NCBI GenBank assembly: GCA_024229695.1
Contig: JAAESD010000232.1
Coordinates: forward strand, 35,809-99,808
Direction: 5' to 3'
DNA length: 64,000 bases
Origin: a bacterium
GTDB lineage: Bacteria > Krumholzibacteriota > Krumholzibacteriia > LZORAL124-64-63
Shown here: in pieces, positions 50,027 through 60,323 of the stretch
Position numbering within the stretch: the first letter of the stretch is position 1
How the letters are laid out: each line of letters starts with the position of its first letter
Translations under genes and position numbers: made by a program
The notes under the pieces: generated by a model
What the model was told of the DNA's origin: nothing
Seen by the model: only the letters and a program-made list of their open reading frames with translations
The model's database searches: none

Positions 50027-51271
50027 ATGACCTGTAATTTGCATAAGAGTGATCCGGAAATTGCTGCAGTTTTAGACAGTGAACTGGCACGACAAAGAGA
50101 CCAACTGGAAATGATTGCCAGTGAGAATTTCACAAGCCATGCTGTTATGGAGGCAATGGGTAGTGTACTGACAAACAAGTACGCTGAGGGTTACCCGGCA
50201 AAACGCTATTATGGCGGTTGTGAACATGTAGATACTGCAGAAGACCTGGCTCGTGATAGAGCATGTGAGCTTTTTGGCGCAGACCATGCCAATGTGCAAC
50301 CACATTCAGGATCGACAGCAAATATGATTGCCTACATGGCATTTCTTAAACCAGGGGACAAGATACTTGGTCTGTCACTTTCTCATGGTGGTCACTTGAC
50401 TCATGGTCATCCGGTGAATTTTTCCGGAATGCTTTATGAAGCAATTCATTATGAAGTTGACCAGCAGACCGAGACTATTGATTACGATGCTCTACGCAAA
50501 CAAGCCCTTGCAGAGAAACCTGCAGTTATTATGGGTGGCGCATCTGCTTATCCTCGTTTCTGGGATTATGAACAGTTGAGGTCTATAGCAGATGAAGCAG
50601 GCTCAGTATTGATGTTTGATATGGCGCATGTTGCTGGTTTGATTGCAGGTGGTGTTCACCCTAATCCAGTTCCATTTTGTGATGTCGTAACTTCAACAAC
50701 TCACAAAACACTTCGCGGACCACGTGGTGGTCTGGTGTTGGCAAAAGAAGAGTTTGCCAGTGCGATAGACAAGGTCGCTTTCCCTGGTGTACAGGGTGGA
50801 CCATTTATGCATGTGATTGCTGCAAAAGCTGTTTGTTTCAAAGAAGCAAAAACAGCTGAGTTCAAAGCATGGGCACAGCAGACAATTGATAATGCATCGG
50901 CTCTTGGACAAAGACTTCAGCATCATGACTTCCACCTTGTAAGTGGCGGAACCGATAACCATTTGCTCTTGGTAAATCTGACTAACAAAGGTCTTTCCGG
51001 CAAGAAAATGGAAGCACTGTTGCACAAGGTTGGAATTACAGTTAACAAGAACACCGTTCCATTTGATTCAAGAAGCCCATTTGTAACAAGTGGTATCAGA
51101 ATCGGAACTCCGGCACTGACATCACGTGGTATGGGAACTGCTGAAATGGAAAAGATTGCTGACATAATTGCTGGTTCCCTTGAGCACAGGGATGATGAAG
51201 ATAAATTGGCGAAATTGTTTGATGAGTCCAGGGAACTATGTTCTAATTTCCCTCTTTACCCTGAAATGTAG
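50027..51271 (+). CDS. glyA: Serine hydroxymethyltransferase
   Basis: The motifs LIASENFTS and the PLP-lysine region [12 protein letters not shown] are present. Confidence 0.92.
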   Translation: MTCNLHKSDPEIAAVLDSELARQRDQLEMIASENFTSHAVMEAMGSVLTNKYAEGYPAKRYYGGCEHVDTAEDLARDRACELFGADHANVQPHSGSTANMIAYMAFLKPGDKILGLSLSHGGHLTHGHPVNFSGMLYEAIHYEVDQQTETIDYDALRKQALAEKPAVIMGGASAYPRFWDYEQLRSIADEAGSVLMFDMAHVAGLIAGGVHPNPVPFCDVVTSTTHKTLRGPRGGLVLAKEEFASAIDKVAFPGVQGGPFMHVIAAKAVCFKEAKTAEFKAWAQQTIDNASALGQRLQHHDFHLVSGGTDNHLLLVNLTNKGLSGKKMEALLHKVGITVNKNTVPFDSRSPFVTSGIRIGTPALTSRGMGTAEMEKIADIIAGSLEHRDDEDKLAKLFDESRELCSNFPLYPEM

Positions 51272-51280
51272 GGCTGAAAA

Positions 51281-51751
51281 GTGAAGTGCACTAGCTGTGG
51301 CAAAGACAATGACAAGGTAATTGACAGCAGGAGTGCCAGAGGCGGGCTTGCAATACGTCGCCGCCGTGAATGTCTGGATTGCGGAGAACGATTTACAACT
51401 TATGAATATATTGAGCTCAAGCAGATGCTGGTTGTAAAAAGAGATGGTCAGCGGGTTGAATACGATCGTTCAAAAGTCATTGCAGGTTTGATTGCAGCAT
51501 GTCAAAAAAGGCCAGTCAGCATTGAGACAATTGAGAATATTGCCAGTGAAGTTGAGCATGAATTGGCAGCTGATTTTGCAACAGAAGTCGATTCAATGAA
51601 AATTGGAGAGTTATTGATGACCAAACTGAGTGAGATTGACAAGGTAGCTTATGTCAGATTTGCTTCAGTTTACAGGTCGTTCAAAGATGTGGATGAGTTC
51701 ATGAAAGAACTTCGTGGGCTTTTAGATAACGAAAAGGGTAGCAGTGACTGA
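51281..51751 (+). CDS. nrdR: Transcriptional repressor NrdR
   Basis: A Zn ribbon (MKCTSCG...CLDCGERFTTYE) precedes an ATP-cone. Confidence 0.9.
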   Translation: MKCTSCGKDNDKVIDSRSARGGLAIRRRRECLDCGERFTTYEYIELKQMLVVKRDGQRVEYDRSKVIAGLIAACQKRPVSIETIENIASEVEHELAADFATEVDSMKIGELLMTKLSEIDKVAYVRFASVYRSFKDVDEFMKELRGLLDNEKGSSD

Positions 51752-52508
51752 TACTGCAGATAACAAAGAAACAACCAAAAAGGATATGTCGTTTCTCGAT
51801 CACCTTGATGAGTTGCGATCGGTACTGATTGCTGCGCTTGCTGCTTTGGTTGTTGTCTCTGGTGCTTGCTGGTTTTTTTCCAAACCGCTTTTGGACATGC
51901 TGGTAGGGCCGATTTCTGCAATTGACGATAATAATGTTTATTTTCTGCAGCCTGCAGAAGCATTTCTGACCAGAATGAAACTCGCTCTGGCATGTGGTTC
52001 ATTTATAATTCTGCCATATGTTCTGTGGCGAATATACCATTTTATTATGCCTGGCCTTCATGACAAGGAACGTAGATTTGCAGTACCGTTACTGTTAGCT
52101 ACAGTGTCCCTGTTTTACCTTGGTGTAGCATTTGCCTACATAGTACTGGTGCCAAAAGTAATTGCGTTTATGCTCAGTTTTGGAACTACCAGTATGTTAC
52201 CGATGATTAGTATCGGTTCGTACTTTGCGTTTGTAGCAAGGCTTTGTCTGGCTTTCGGCATGGTATTTGAGCTGCCGCTGGTGGTTTTTTTATTGAGTGT
52301 TCTGGGTGTTGTTAATCCAGTTATCTTGTTGCGTGGCTGGCGATTTGCCTTAATCGGAATTGTAATATTTTCAGCAGTTCTGACTCCGCCTGATGTTATC
52401 TCACAATTGATTATGGCAGGCCCAGTGATGGTGCTTTATATATCATCCGTACTGATTTCAATGGCTGTTACAAGAAAACGTCGCAAAAAAAAGTCAGATG
52501 AGGAATAA
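51744..52508 (+). CDS. tatC: Twin-arginine translocase subunit TatC
   Basis: The segment FLDHLDELRSVLI, six transmembrane helices and the TatC signature are present. Confidence 0.85.
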   Translation: MTDTADNKETTKKDMSFLDHLDELRSVLIAALAALVVVSGACWFFSKPLLDMLVGPISAIDDNNVYFLQPAEAFLTRMKLALACGSFIILPYVLWRIYHFIMPGLHDKERRFAVPLLLATVSLFYLGVAFAYIVLVPKVIAFMLSFGTTSMLPMISIGSYFAFVARLCLAFGMVFELPLVVFLLSVLGVVNPVILLRGWRFALIGIVIFSAVLTPPDVISQLIMAGPVMVLYISSVLISMAVTRKRRKKKSDEE

Positions 52509-52537
52509 CACTTCATGAGTGTGATAGAAAGGCTCTG

Positions 52538-53542
52538 ATGTCGCTGATCGATAAAGAAAGAATCAAATTAATAGCTCTTCAGGGTATGATATCCTCGGAG
52601 CTGAAGCGCTTCTCTGCTACTTACGATACCTTGCTGACTGGTGAGACTTCATACATAGACGAGATCTGTAAATATGTAAAAAATGGTAAGAGCAAACAGT
52701 TCAGACCTACCTTGTTACTTGTTGCTGCAAAATCTGATCAACATACTTCCGATGAAGTGATTACAGCTGCTGCCTGTGTTGAGATGATTCATACTGCTAC
52801 TTTGTTGCATGATGATTTTATCGATGAGTCAGACACACGTCGTGGACAACCTTCTGTAAATGCCAAATATGGAAATGCAGTGGCACTGATAATGGGGGAT
52901 TATCTATATAGTAAAGCGCTCGATACTTTGGGTAGCAATGAAATGTTCGAGCCTTTGGCTTTGTTATCAAAAACGACAATGTTGATGAGCAAGGCTGAAA
53001 TGTTGCAGCAGGAAACACGAGATGACTTGTCTATTTCTGAAGAAAAATATCTGGAAATAATTGATTGCAAAACAGGGTCTCTTATTGAGTCTGCCTGTAC
53101 TATAGGTGCTGGATTTAATAAAGAGCTATCAAAGCACAAAGATGCATTTGGTAAGTTTGGCTTGAATCTGGGAAGGGTATTTCAGATTACTGATGACCTC
53201 TTTGATTACCTTGGTGACCCAAGACGCTTGGGCAAGCCTACTGGCCTTGACTGGAGCGAAGGTAGAATTACACTGCCGTTTATTTTTGCATTCAACAATG
53301 CAGATAATCAAAGTAAGGAAAATCTTCTAGCTGAGTATCAAGAGTGCAAAGAGGGAGCTCTTGACTCTATGTGGCCAGAAGTAAAAAGTTTCGTGGATCA
53401 GTTCGGGGGCATTGATTATGCCAGATCCCTTGCTGCCAAATTTGGAGATGATGCAAAAAGTGCAATCTGTGACATAGCCGGTGGTCGCCAACGGGAACTT
53501 CTGGATGTCTCTGTAGAATATGTTTTGAACCGCCTGAAATAA
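52538..53542 (+). CDS. Polyprenyl diphosphate synthase (trans-isoprenyl diphosphate synthase, IspB-like)
   Basis: The first (LLHDDFIDESDTRRG) and second (FQITDDLFDY) Asp-rich motifs are present. Confidence 0.85.
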   Translation: MSLIDKERIKLIALQGMISSELKRFSATYDTLLTGETSYIDEICKYVKNGKSKQFRPTLLLVAAKSDQHTSDEVITAAACVEMIHTATLLHDDFIDESDTRRGQPSVNAKYGNAVALIMGDYLYSKALDTLGSNEMFEPLALLSKTTMLMSKAEMLQQETRDDLSISEEKYLEIIDCKTGSLIESACTIGAGFNKELSKHKDAFGKFGLNLGRVFQITDDLFDYLGDPRRLGKPTGLDWSEGRITLPFIFAFNNADNQSKENLLAEYQECKEGALDSMWPEVKSFVDQFGGIDYARSLAAKFGDDAKSAICDIAGGRQRELLDVSVEYVLNRLK

Positions 53543-53554
53543 CCTGGGGAAAAA

Positions 53555-54010
53555 ATGACAACTGAAAATTTACCGTGGTACAAAAAAGATGACTCAAAAG
53601 AGTTTTTGACCGCTGAAAAAGTAATCTATGCCGCGCTGTCCAAAAAGGCAGAGAACATCGTTGTTCTTGATCTGAGGGGCAATTCAGATATTGCTGACTT
53701 TTTTGTTGTTATGACTGCTACAACCAATGTGCAAGTGAGTGCAGTAAGTCGCTCTATTACTAACAAGTTAATCAAATTTGGCGAGAAACCTCTTTATAAA
53801 GAGGGTGAGGATACTCAGAACTGGGTGTTGATAGATTATTTTGACATCGTAGTTCATGTGATGCAGCCAAAAACGCGAGAATACTATAATCTGGAAAAAT
53901 TATGGGGTGATGTTCAGCGATTGGATGTTCCTGAAGATTACTTTGATAATCAGGAAGTACGTGACCGGCATCCAGAGCTGTTTGATGCTGATGAGGTGGA
54001 AAGCGAATGA
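53555..54010 (+). CDS. rsfS: Ribosomal silencing factor RsfS (Iojap)
   Basis: The segments VVLDLRGNSDIADFFVVMTATTNVQVSAVSRSI and IVVHVMQPKTREYYNLEKLWGD are present. Confidence 0.85.
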   Translation: MTTENLPWYKKDDSKEFLTAEKVIYAALSKKAENIVVLDLRGNSDIADFFVVMTATTNVQVSAVSRSITNKLIKFGEKPLYKEGEDTQNWVLIDYFDIVVHVMQPKTREYYNLEKLWGDVQRLDVPEDYFDNQEVRDRHPELFDADEVESE

Positions 54011-55749
54011 CAATAGTTGAGATAATCAAAAAGGAACTCGCCAGTAAACTTGAACTTGTCGGTATTTATGAAGGCGATGTTGAAATATCACTGGAAAAGC
54101 CGCGTGACAGATCACATGGTGATTTTAGTAGTAGCGTTGCGTTGGCTTCAGCAAAAAAACTGAAAAGAAATCCACGGGAACTTGCCAGTGAACTTGCTGC
54201 TAAACTGGAGTTTGATACCAATCTGATATCTGATGTCGAGATTGCTGGGCCTGGATTTATTAATTTCAGGCTGACCAAAAGCCATAAACTGGGGCAGATG
54301 CTTGATCTCTGGAATGAAGTTGGGGCTGTTGAGTCAATTAAAACCGGTAACAACAAGCGGATAAATATCGAATTCATAAGTGCCAATCCCACTGGGCCTC
54401 TGAATGTTGTATCTGCTCGAGCTGGTTCATTTGGTGCAACGCTGGTCAAACTGTTAAAAGCAACCGGATATGATGCACATGCTGAATACTATGTGAACGA
54501 TGCAGGCCGGCAGGTCATGTTGCTTGGTAGAAGTCTGCGTGCAAGGTTACTAGAAATCAAAGGTGCCGATTTTGAATTCCCTGAAGGTGGTTACAAGGGA
54601 AAATATATTACTGTAATGGCAGAAGAACTTATCGATTTGGATTGTGATGCTATTCAAGCTGCAAGCCAGGTTTTCAATGATGAAAGTTTTCAACGGGTGA
54701 CAGCACCTGAAGGAACTGCCGCCCAGTGGCTGGAGCTGCCAGAAGAAGAGTCTGCGAAAAGTTTTTCCAAGTATGCTTTGATGAAGATTCTTACATGGCA
54801 AAGGCAAACTTGCCGAAGGTTTAACCTGAAGTTTGACACCTGGTATTTTGAATCTGAGCTGTATGAGTCAAAGAGAATTGAAAGAGCTTATGATAAACTG
54901 AAAAGTAATGGAGTTACTTACAGTCTTGATGATGCTGTCTGGTTTCGATCAACTGATTATGGTGACGAAAAGGATAGGGTAATTGTCAAGAGCGATGGTG
55001 CAGCAACCTATTTTTTAGCTGATATTGCTTATCATTATCATAAGTTTCAACGTGGCTTTGAACATGCTATCAATTTTCTTGGTCCTGACCATCATGGACA
55101 CATTCCAAGAATGCGTGGTGCAATGAAAGCACTTGGTGTTCCAGATGGTTGGTTGGAAATACAGATACTACAGCAGGTTAATTTTGTAGAAGATGGCAAA
55201 CCAATAGATATGTCAAAGCGTGAAGGCCAATTCGTTTCGATGGATGCTCTTGCAGATGATGTTGGTGCTGATGTTGCCAAGTATATATTCCTGACCAGAA
55301 AGCCAAACTCACATCTGGATTTCGATCTCGATCTGGCTCGTGAACAGTCAAGTGACAACCCGGTGTTTTATGTTAAATATGCTCACGCCAGGATTTGCTC
55401 TGTTTTACGCAAGGGCATGGAACAGGGAATGGACCCAGGTGAGCCCGATATCGAAACATTGAAATACCTTTCCGATGAGCACGAATTAGCATTGATCTCG
55501 GAGCTTATAAGATTGCCTGATGTAATTGCAGGGTCTGCAAAAGCCAGAGAGCCACACAGGCTGACTCTATATCTTGATGATATTGCTGGCCACTTTCACC
55601 AGTTCTATCACAATTGCAAGATTGTTTCTGATAACAAGGAAACAACTTTGGCTCGATTACAATTGTCATTGGTTACAAAAGATATCCTGGCCAGAGTTCT
55701 TGGTCTGGTCGGTGTGGAAGCACCAGAATATATGGGAGATAAAGATTAG
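54007..55749 (+). CDS. argS: Arginine--tRNA ligase, with a non-canonical HIGH region
   Basis: An ArgRS N-terminal add-1 domain, the block ISANPTGPLNVVSARAG, DMSKREG and a C-terminal DALR anticodon-binding domain are present. The length is 580 aa. Confidence 0.8.
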   Translation: MTIVEIIKKELASKLELVGIYEGDVEISLEKPRDRSHGDFSSSVALASAKKLKRNPRELASELAAKLEFDTNLISDVEIAGPGFINFRLTKSHKLGQMLDLWNEVGAVESIKTGNNKRINIEFISANPTGPLNVVSARAGSFGATLVKLLKATGYDAHAEYYVNDAGRQVMLLGRSLRARLLEIKGADFEFPEGGYKGKYITVMAEELIDLDCDAIQAASQVFNDESFQRVTAPEGTAAQWLELPEEESAKSFSKYALMKILTWQRQTCRRFNLKFDTWYFESELYESKRIERAYDKLKSNGVTYSLDDAVWFRSTDYGDEKDRVIVKSDGAATYFLADIAYHYHKFQRGFEHAINFLGPDHHGHIPRMRGAMKALGVPDGWLEIQILQQVNFVEDGKPIDMSKREGQFVSMDALADDVGADVAKYIFLTRKPNSHLDFDLDLAREQSSDNPVFYVKYAHARICSVLRKGMEQGMDPGEPDIETLKYLSDEHELALISELIRLPDVIAGSAKAREPHRLTLYLDDIAGHFHQFYHNCKIVSDNKETTLARLQLSLVTKDILARVLGLVGVEAPEYMGDKD

Positions 55750-56658
55750 ATGTCTATCTTAGTTGTCGGGTCTGTTGCATACGATACTATTGAAACTGTT
55801 TCTGAACGACGTGAAAAGCAACTTGGAGGAAGTGCGAGTTATTTTTCGATTGCTGCTTCCCGGTTTTCGTCTGTGCGTGCTGTTGGCGTTGTTGGCGATG
55901 ATTTCAGGCAATCTGATATGGACTTACTTGTTTCCAAAGGTATAGATGTTGCTGGTATTGAAAGAGCAGAAGGAAAGACTTTTTCATGGTCAGGTAGATA
56001 TCATCAGGACATGATAGAGCGAGATACTCTTGCAACTGAGCTAGGAGTATTTGAAACTTTCCAGCCAGTTCTTCCTATTGGCTGGTCTGAGTCTCCTTAT
56101 GTTTTATTGGCTAATATACATCCATCGTTACAGTCTGATGTTCTATCTAAAATGAAATCATCGAAGCTTGTAATTTTAGATACTATGAATCTTTGGATTA
56201 AAAATACCAGAGAGGAATTAGTTTCGGTTTTAAAAGATGTGGATATTTTGCTTGTTAACGATAGCGAAGCCAGACTTCTATCAGGTAAAGAGAGCCTGTC
56301 TGAAGCAGCTACAATTATCAGAGACATGGGACCAGAGAAAATTGTAATCAAAAAAGGTGAGCATGGTGCATTGCTGTTTTGTAAAGATTCAGTACTTGCT
56401 GTACCAGCTATAATCCTGCCGGAAGTAGTTGATCCAACAGGAGCTGGCGATAGCTTTGCCGGTGGTTTTATTGGCCATCTTGCTGCTGAAGGTGCAGATC
56501 GTAACAGTTCTGACCTGGTTTTCAGGCAGGCGATGGTCAGTGCTACAGCAGTTGCGAGCCATTGTCCAGAAGCTTTTAGTGTTGAAGGATTATTGTCAAT
56601 GGATGAAAATAGCTATCAAAGCAGGAGAGATACTCTTTTAGATATGATGGTGCCGTGA
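55750..56658 (+). CDS. PfkB-family carbohydrate kinase (ribokinase-like)
   Basis: The N-terminal ILVVGSVAYD and the anion-hole motif DPTGAGDSFAGGFI are present. Confidence 0.8.
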   Translation: MSILVVGSVAYDTIETVSERREKQLGGSASYFSIAASRFSSVRAVGVVGDDFRQSDMDLLVSKGIDVAGIERAEGKTFSWSGRYHQDMIERDTLATELGVFETFQPVLPIGWSESPYVLLANIHPSLQSDVLSKMKSSKLVILDTMNLWIKNTREELVSVLKDVDILLVNDSEARLLSGKESLSEAATIIRDMGPEKIVIKKGEHGALLFCKDSVLAVPAIILPEVVDPTGAGDSFAGGFIGHLAAEGADRNSSDLVFRQAMVSATAVASHCPEAFSVEGLLSMDENSYQSRRDTLLDMMVP

Positions 56659-56757
56659 GCTAAAATCTTTTCAGTTGTGGAATAATTAGATATTTGTTAC
56701 TATCAGTCTGAGAAGGAACTTTGTTATTACCTCAAGGAAGAGAATAGGAGCCCATAT

Positions 56758-57525
56758 ATGGAACAGCATGATAATGACAACTCATGGGTTCAGGATGCTG
56801 AAAACTGGATATGCCAAATAAAAGATGTTCGCCAGTGCAAAATTGATCTTGATAATGCCGGGGAAGTTGTTGGTGTACATGTAGTTGCTGCAATGGACCG
56901 TGATCCTAAACAAATTGTAAGGGATGTAGAGGGACTGCTGAAAGCTCGTCTTGATCTCGATATTTTTTATAAAAAAATTGGTGTTGTTCAGGTTGTTGAT
57001 GGTGAAAGTTCACATTTGAATCAAAAGGCTGCACCTGTACCTGTTTCTAAGCCAATTTCAAGCAAACCCACGCAAATTTCAAAACAACCACCAGCCAAAC
57101 CTGTTGCAAGACCTGCTCCAGCTGTTATATCACGCCTGGTTTGTGAGTCTGTTTCAGTTCGAAGTGGTCGTAATCTTTCAGCTGAAGTAGAACTCAAAAA
57201 TGGGGATGAAAGTTTTACTGGTATTTGCAAAGGGTCAAATAGTACCGGAAATGACTTGATGCTTGTAGCCAGCGCATCTGTTTCTGCACTTAATAAATTA
57301 CTTGATGGTGACATGGAGCTGGCTTTATCGGAAATAAGGGAAGCCAATGTTTCTGGTGACAAAGTGTTGCTTGTTGCTATAGAGTTGATTTCTGGCAGGA
57401 AAATAGAAAAGCTGTATGGGACTTGTGCCATTCAGCGAAACTTGCACCAAGCTGTTGTTTACTCAGTTCTGGATGCAGTTAACAGGAAACTATCTGTAAT
57501 TTCCAACATGGGAACTGCAGGATAG
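56758..57525 (+). CDS. Hypothetical protein (255 aa) with a Pro/Lys-rich linker in the middle
   Basis: The ORF has a linker PVPVSKPISSKPTQISKQPPAKPVARPAPA. No domain was recognised. Confidence 0.45.
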   Translation: MEQHDNDNSWVQDAENWICQIKDVRQCKIDLDNAGEVVGVHVVAAMDRDPKQIVRDVEGLLKARLDLDIFYKKIGVVQVVDGESSHLNQKAAPVPVSKPISSKPTQISKQPPAKPVARPAPAVISRLVCESVSVRSGRNLSAEVELKNGDESFTGICKGSNSTGNDLMLVASASVSALNKLLDGDMELALSEIREANVSGDKVLLVAIELISGRKIEKLYGTCAIQRNLHQAVVYSVLDAVNRKLSVISNMGTAG

Positions 57526-57754
57526 GGCTTGAGCGGGATCGGTTTTTTGATAAAACCGAGCGGAGCGAATAAGAGCGGAGCGCCTCAACTGTCATAGCGG
57601 TGGCAGTTAGTTCGTAACTGAAACGGAGGTGTTACTATGCTTGAATTCCTAATTGGTTTATTTTGGAAATGGGAATGGTAATTTCTAATTGATAAAACCG
57701 GTTCCGCTTTAGCACATTCACTCTCATAATTACTTTAAACTGCAGGTTGTATTT

Positions 57755-59095
57755 TTGATTCGCCCAATAATAAGCAGAGTTCCGTTTTATACTTTCTACA
57801 GTGCAACACTGTTGTTTGGTGCGCTTCTGATTTCCTATCTGATCCTGGTTGATTTTAATCTTGCAACCACAAATTATTTTCACGTAGTGGTGTTCTTTTC
57901 CGCACTGCTGATTGCTGATACCAAGATGGTTCAGACTCAAGCTCGCGGTAGTGGCAAGGTTATGTCATCACGAGCATTTGATTTGGCAATGGTGGTAATA
58001 TTTGGTCCTGCTGTAGCTGCAGTTATGGCTTCTACATCAGCACTGTTGCGTGGTTTTGTTTTCAAAACAACTTCACCGCGCAAGGCAATGTTTAATGCTG
58101 CTATGATGGCTTCTGCGTGTGGCATGTCCGGAATGGCATTCAATCACTTGCCATGGCATCATCAAACCAGTGACATCAGGTTTTTACTACCTCTATTTAT
58201 AGCAATGCTTATTTATTCTGTTGTGAATACATCTTTGGTAGCAATTGTCCTGAGTGTTGACAGAGGTATACCACTTCGGGAAATATGGCATCGTGATTTC
58301 CGTTGGGGTACGATGAGTATTCTGATGGAGCTCCCGTTTGCTGCGACAATCATATTGCTTTATCACCAAATAGGTATTTGGTCATTGCTTATATATCTAC
58401 CGATTTTCATTTTGTTGACAACTGCAATCCGTGCGTTGAAGGACATGAAAGAAGCCCACATGACGTGGCTTGCTGTGCTTGCAACTCAACTGGAAGCTGA
58501 TGAGCCTTACACTCATGGTCATAGCTATCGCGTGGCTCGATATTCTGTTCTCGTTGGTAGGGAAATGGGTGTTTCACCGCAGGGACTTGTTGATCTCGAG
58601 TATGGTGCACTGATGCATGATATCGGCAAGATTCAGGTTACAAAAGATATTGTGTGTAAACCTGGCCGACTGACAGAGAATGAATTTGATACATTGGCAG
58701 CTCACCCGGAATTTGGTGCCGATATTGCTGAGATGCTGAATCTGGCACCTGGAGCAATTGATTTAATCAGGCATCACCATGAACGACCTGATGGTAAAGG
58801 TTACCCCGATAAACTATCGGGCGATCAGATAACCCAAGGTGCAGCAATTGTAAACGTATGTGATGCATTTGATGCCATGACAAGTAATCGTTCTTATCGA
58901 ACTGCCTTAACGGTTGAAGCTGCAATTTCCGAGCTGAAAAAGTATCGCGGCACACAGTTCAACTCAGATGCAGTTGATGCTTTGCTTGGGCTTGTAAATA
59001 GAGGCGAGATTGACGTCGGTGCAACAGACGAAACCGACAAAATGGTCAAGGAAATCCAACAGATTGTTGCCAAACATCAGTCTAATTCAGACTGA
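57755..59095 (+). CDS. HD-GYP domain phosphodiesterase (putative c-di-GMP phosphodiesterase) with an N-terminal multi-transmembrane sensor region
   Basis: The HD-GYP signature is HDIGKIQV...HHERPDGKGYP. The N-terminus is hydrophobic. The TTG start is uncertain. Confidence 0.75.
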   Translation: MIRPIISRVPFYTFYSATLLFGALLISYLILVDFNLATTNYFHVVVFFSALLIADTKMVQTQARGSGKVMSSRAFDLAMVVIFGPAVAAVMASTSALLRGFVFKTTSPRKAMFNAAMMASACGMSGMAFNHLPWHHQTSDIRFLLPLFIAMLIYSVVNTSLVAIVLSVDRGIPLREIWHRDFRWGTMSILMELPFAATIILLYHQIGIWSLLIYLPIFILLTTAIRALKDMKEAHMTWLAVLATQLEADEPYTHGHSYRVARYSVLVGREMGVSPQGLVDLEYGALMHDIGKIQVTKDIVCKPGRLTENEFDTLAAHPEFGADIAEMLNLAPGAIDLIRHHHERPDGKGYPDKLSGDQITQGAAIVNVCDAFDAMTSNRSYRTALTVEAAISELKKYRGTQFNSDAVDALLGLVNRGEIDVGATDETDKMVKEIQQIVAKHQSNSD

Positions 59096-59113
59096 CACAA
59101 AACGGAGATTCAA

Positions 59114-60124
59114 ATGAAATACAGTGACAGCGGTGTTAATATAGATGCTGCTCAAAAAGCTCTTGCAGGTGCAAAATCAGCTGTAAAGTCTACCTGGAAT
59201 GAAAGTGTACTTGGAGATTTAGGCTCTTTTGGAGGGTTGTATCGGACAGCTCCCGGGCATCCGTTGTTAGTTGCAAGTGTTGATGGAGTTGGCACAAAAG
59301 TAAAAATTGCTGTAGCTGCTAATCGTTTTAATACTGTGGGCCAAGATTTAGTAAATCATTGCGTAAATGATATTTTGGTTCAGGGTGCCCTGCCTCTATT
59401 CTTCCTGGATTATTTTGCCACAGGCAAACTTCAGGACGGTATGCTTGAAGAAATACTTGATGGTTTCTCCAAAGCTTGTCGAGAAAATCAGTGTGCTCTT
59501 CTTGGTGGCGAAACTGCCGAAATGCCTGGTGTTTATATTGAAGGCGAGTTCGATCTTGCGGGTTGTATTGTAGGCCAGGTTGAAGAAGAAAATCTTGTTG
59601 ATGGAAGTGCTATCCAGGCTGGAGATGTTGTCTGGGGGCTAGCAAGTTCTGGTCTGCATACCAATGGCTATTCCTTGGCCAGGTCTGCACTTTTGGATGT
59701 TGGTGGCTACGATGTTTCCGACATAGCCCCGGGGATGGAAGTATCTATTGCCGATGCTTTGCTGGCAGTTCACAGAAGTTATCTGACAGAAGTTAAATCG
59801 ATTTGGGAAACTTGTGGGGCAAAAACAATTCATGGCATGGTTCATATAACCGGTGGTGGATTCTATGATAATATCCCCAGAATTGTTCCTGATGGAAAGA
59901 CAGTTTTTGTAGATACCAACAAGTGGGAAGTTCCTCCGATATTCAAGTTGATTGCCAAGTGTGGTGAAGTTGAAAAAACAGAAATGTATCGAGTTTTCAA
60001 TATGGGAATTGGTATGATCTTGATTATGCCTGAAGGGGTGGATCCCAATTCTGCTGCCGGAGTTGATGCGATTAGAATTGGTAAAGTAACAGATGGTGAC
60101 CAAAAGGTTATTGTGGATATCTAA
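59114..60124 (+). CDS. purM: Phosphoribosylformylglycinamidine cyclo-ligase (AIR synthetase)
   Basis: The segments YSDSGVNIDA and VDGVGTKVKIA and a PurM fold are present. Confidence 0.9.
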   Translation: MKYSDSGVNIDAAQKALAGAKSAVKSTWNESVLGDLGSFGGLYRTAPGHPLLVASVDGVGTKVKIAVAANRFNTVGQDLVNHCVNDILVQGALPLFFLDYFATGKLQDGMLEEILDGFSKACRENQCALLGGETAEMPGVYIEGEFDLAGCIVGQVEEENLVDGSAIQAGDVVWGLASSGLHTNGYSLARSALLDVGGYDVSDIAPGMEVSIADALLAVHRSYLTEVKSIWETCGAKTIHGMVHITGGGFYDNIPRIVPDGKTVFVDTNKWEVPPIFKLIAKCGEVEKTEMYRVFNMGIGMILIMPEGVDPNSAAGVDAIRIGKVTDGDQKVIVDI

Positions 60125-60323
60125 CTGTATTTTGTGGACAAGTATTGCTACTAGTTGACACTTGCTCAACGTGTTGTTGCTTATGGCGTTACGCTATCGT
60201 GCCTATAACTGGTATAAAGTGTATCGTTTTGGTGACACCTACTCAGGATTAACAATATAAACCGGATTTCATATTATCGGTTGATTGTTAACAGGTTACT
60301 AAAAAGTTATTATAATCATAATT

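Noticed and set aside
56758-57525. Apparent internal duplication in the 255-aa hypothetical protein (two C-x4-VR-containing halves)
   Set aside because: On closer reading the similarity between the halves is too weak to assert without an alignment tool.
57755-57925. Alternative start for the HD-GYP gene at the first ATG (about 57925)
   Set aside because: The upstream in-frame region encodes hydrophobic helices typical of a sensor transmembrane domain, so a TTG or GTG start further upstream is more plausible. The uncertainty is noted in the feature.
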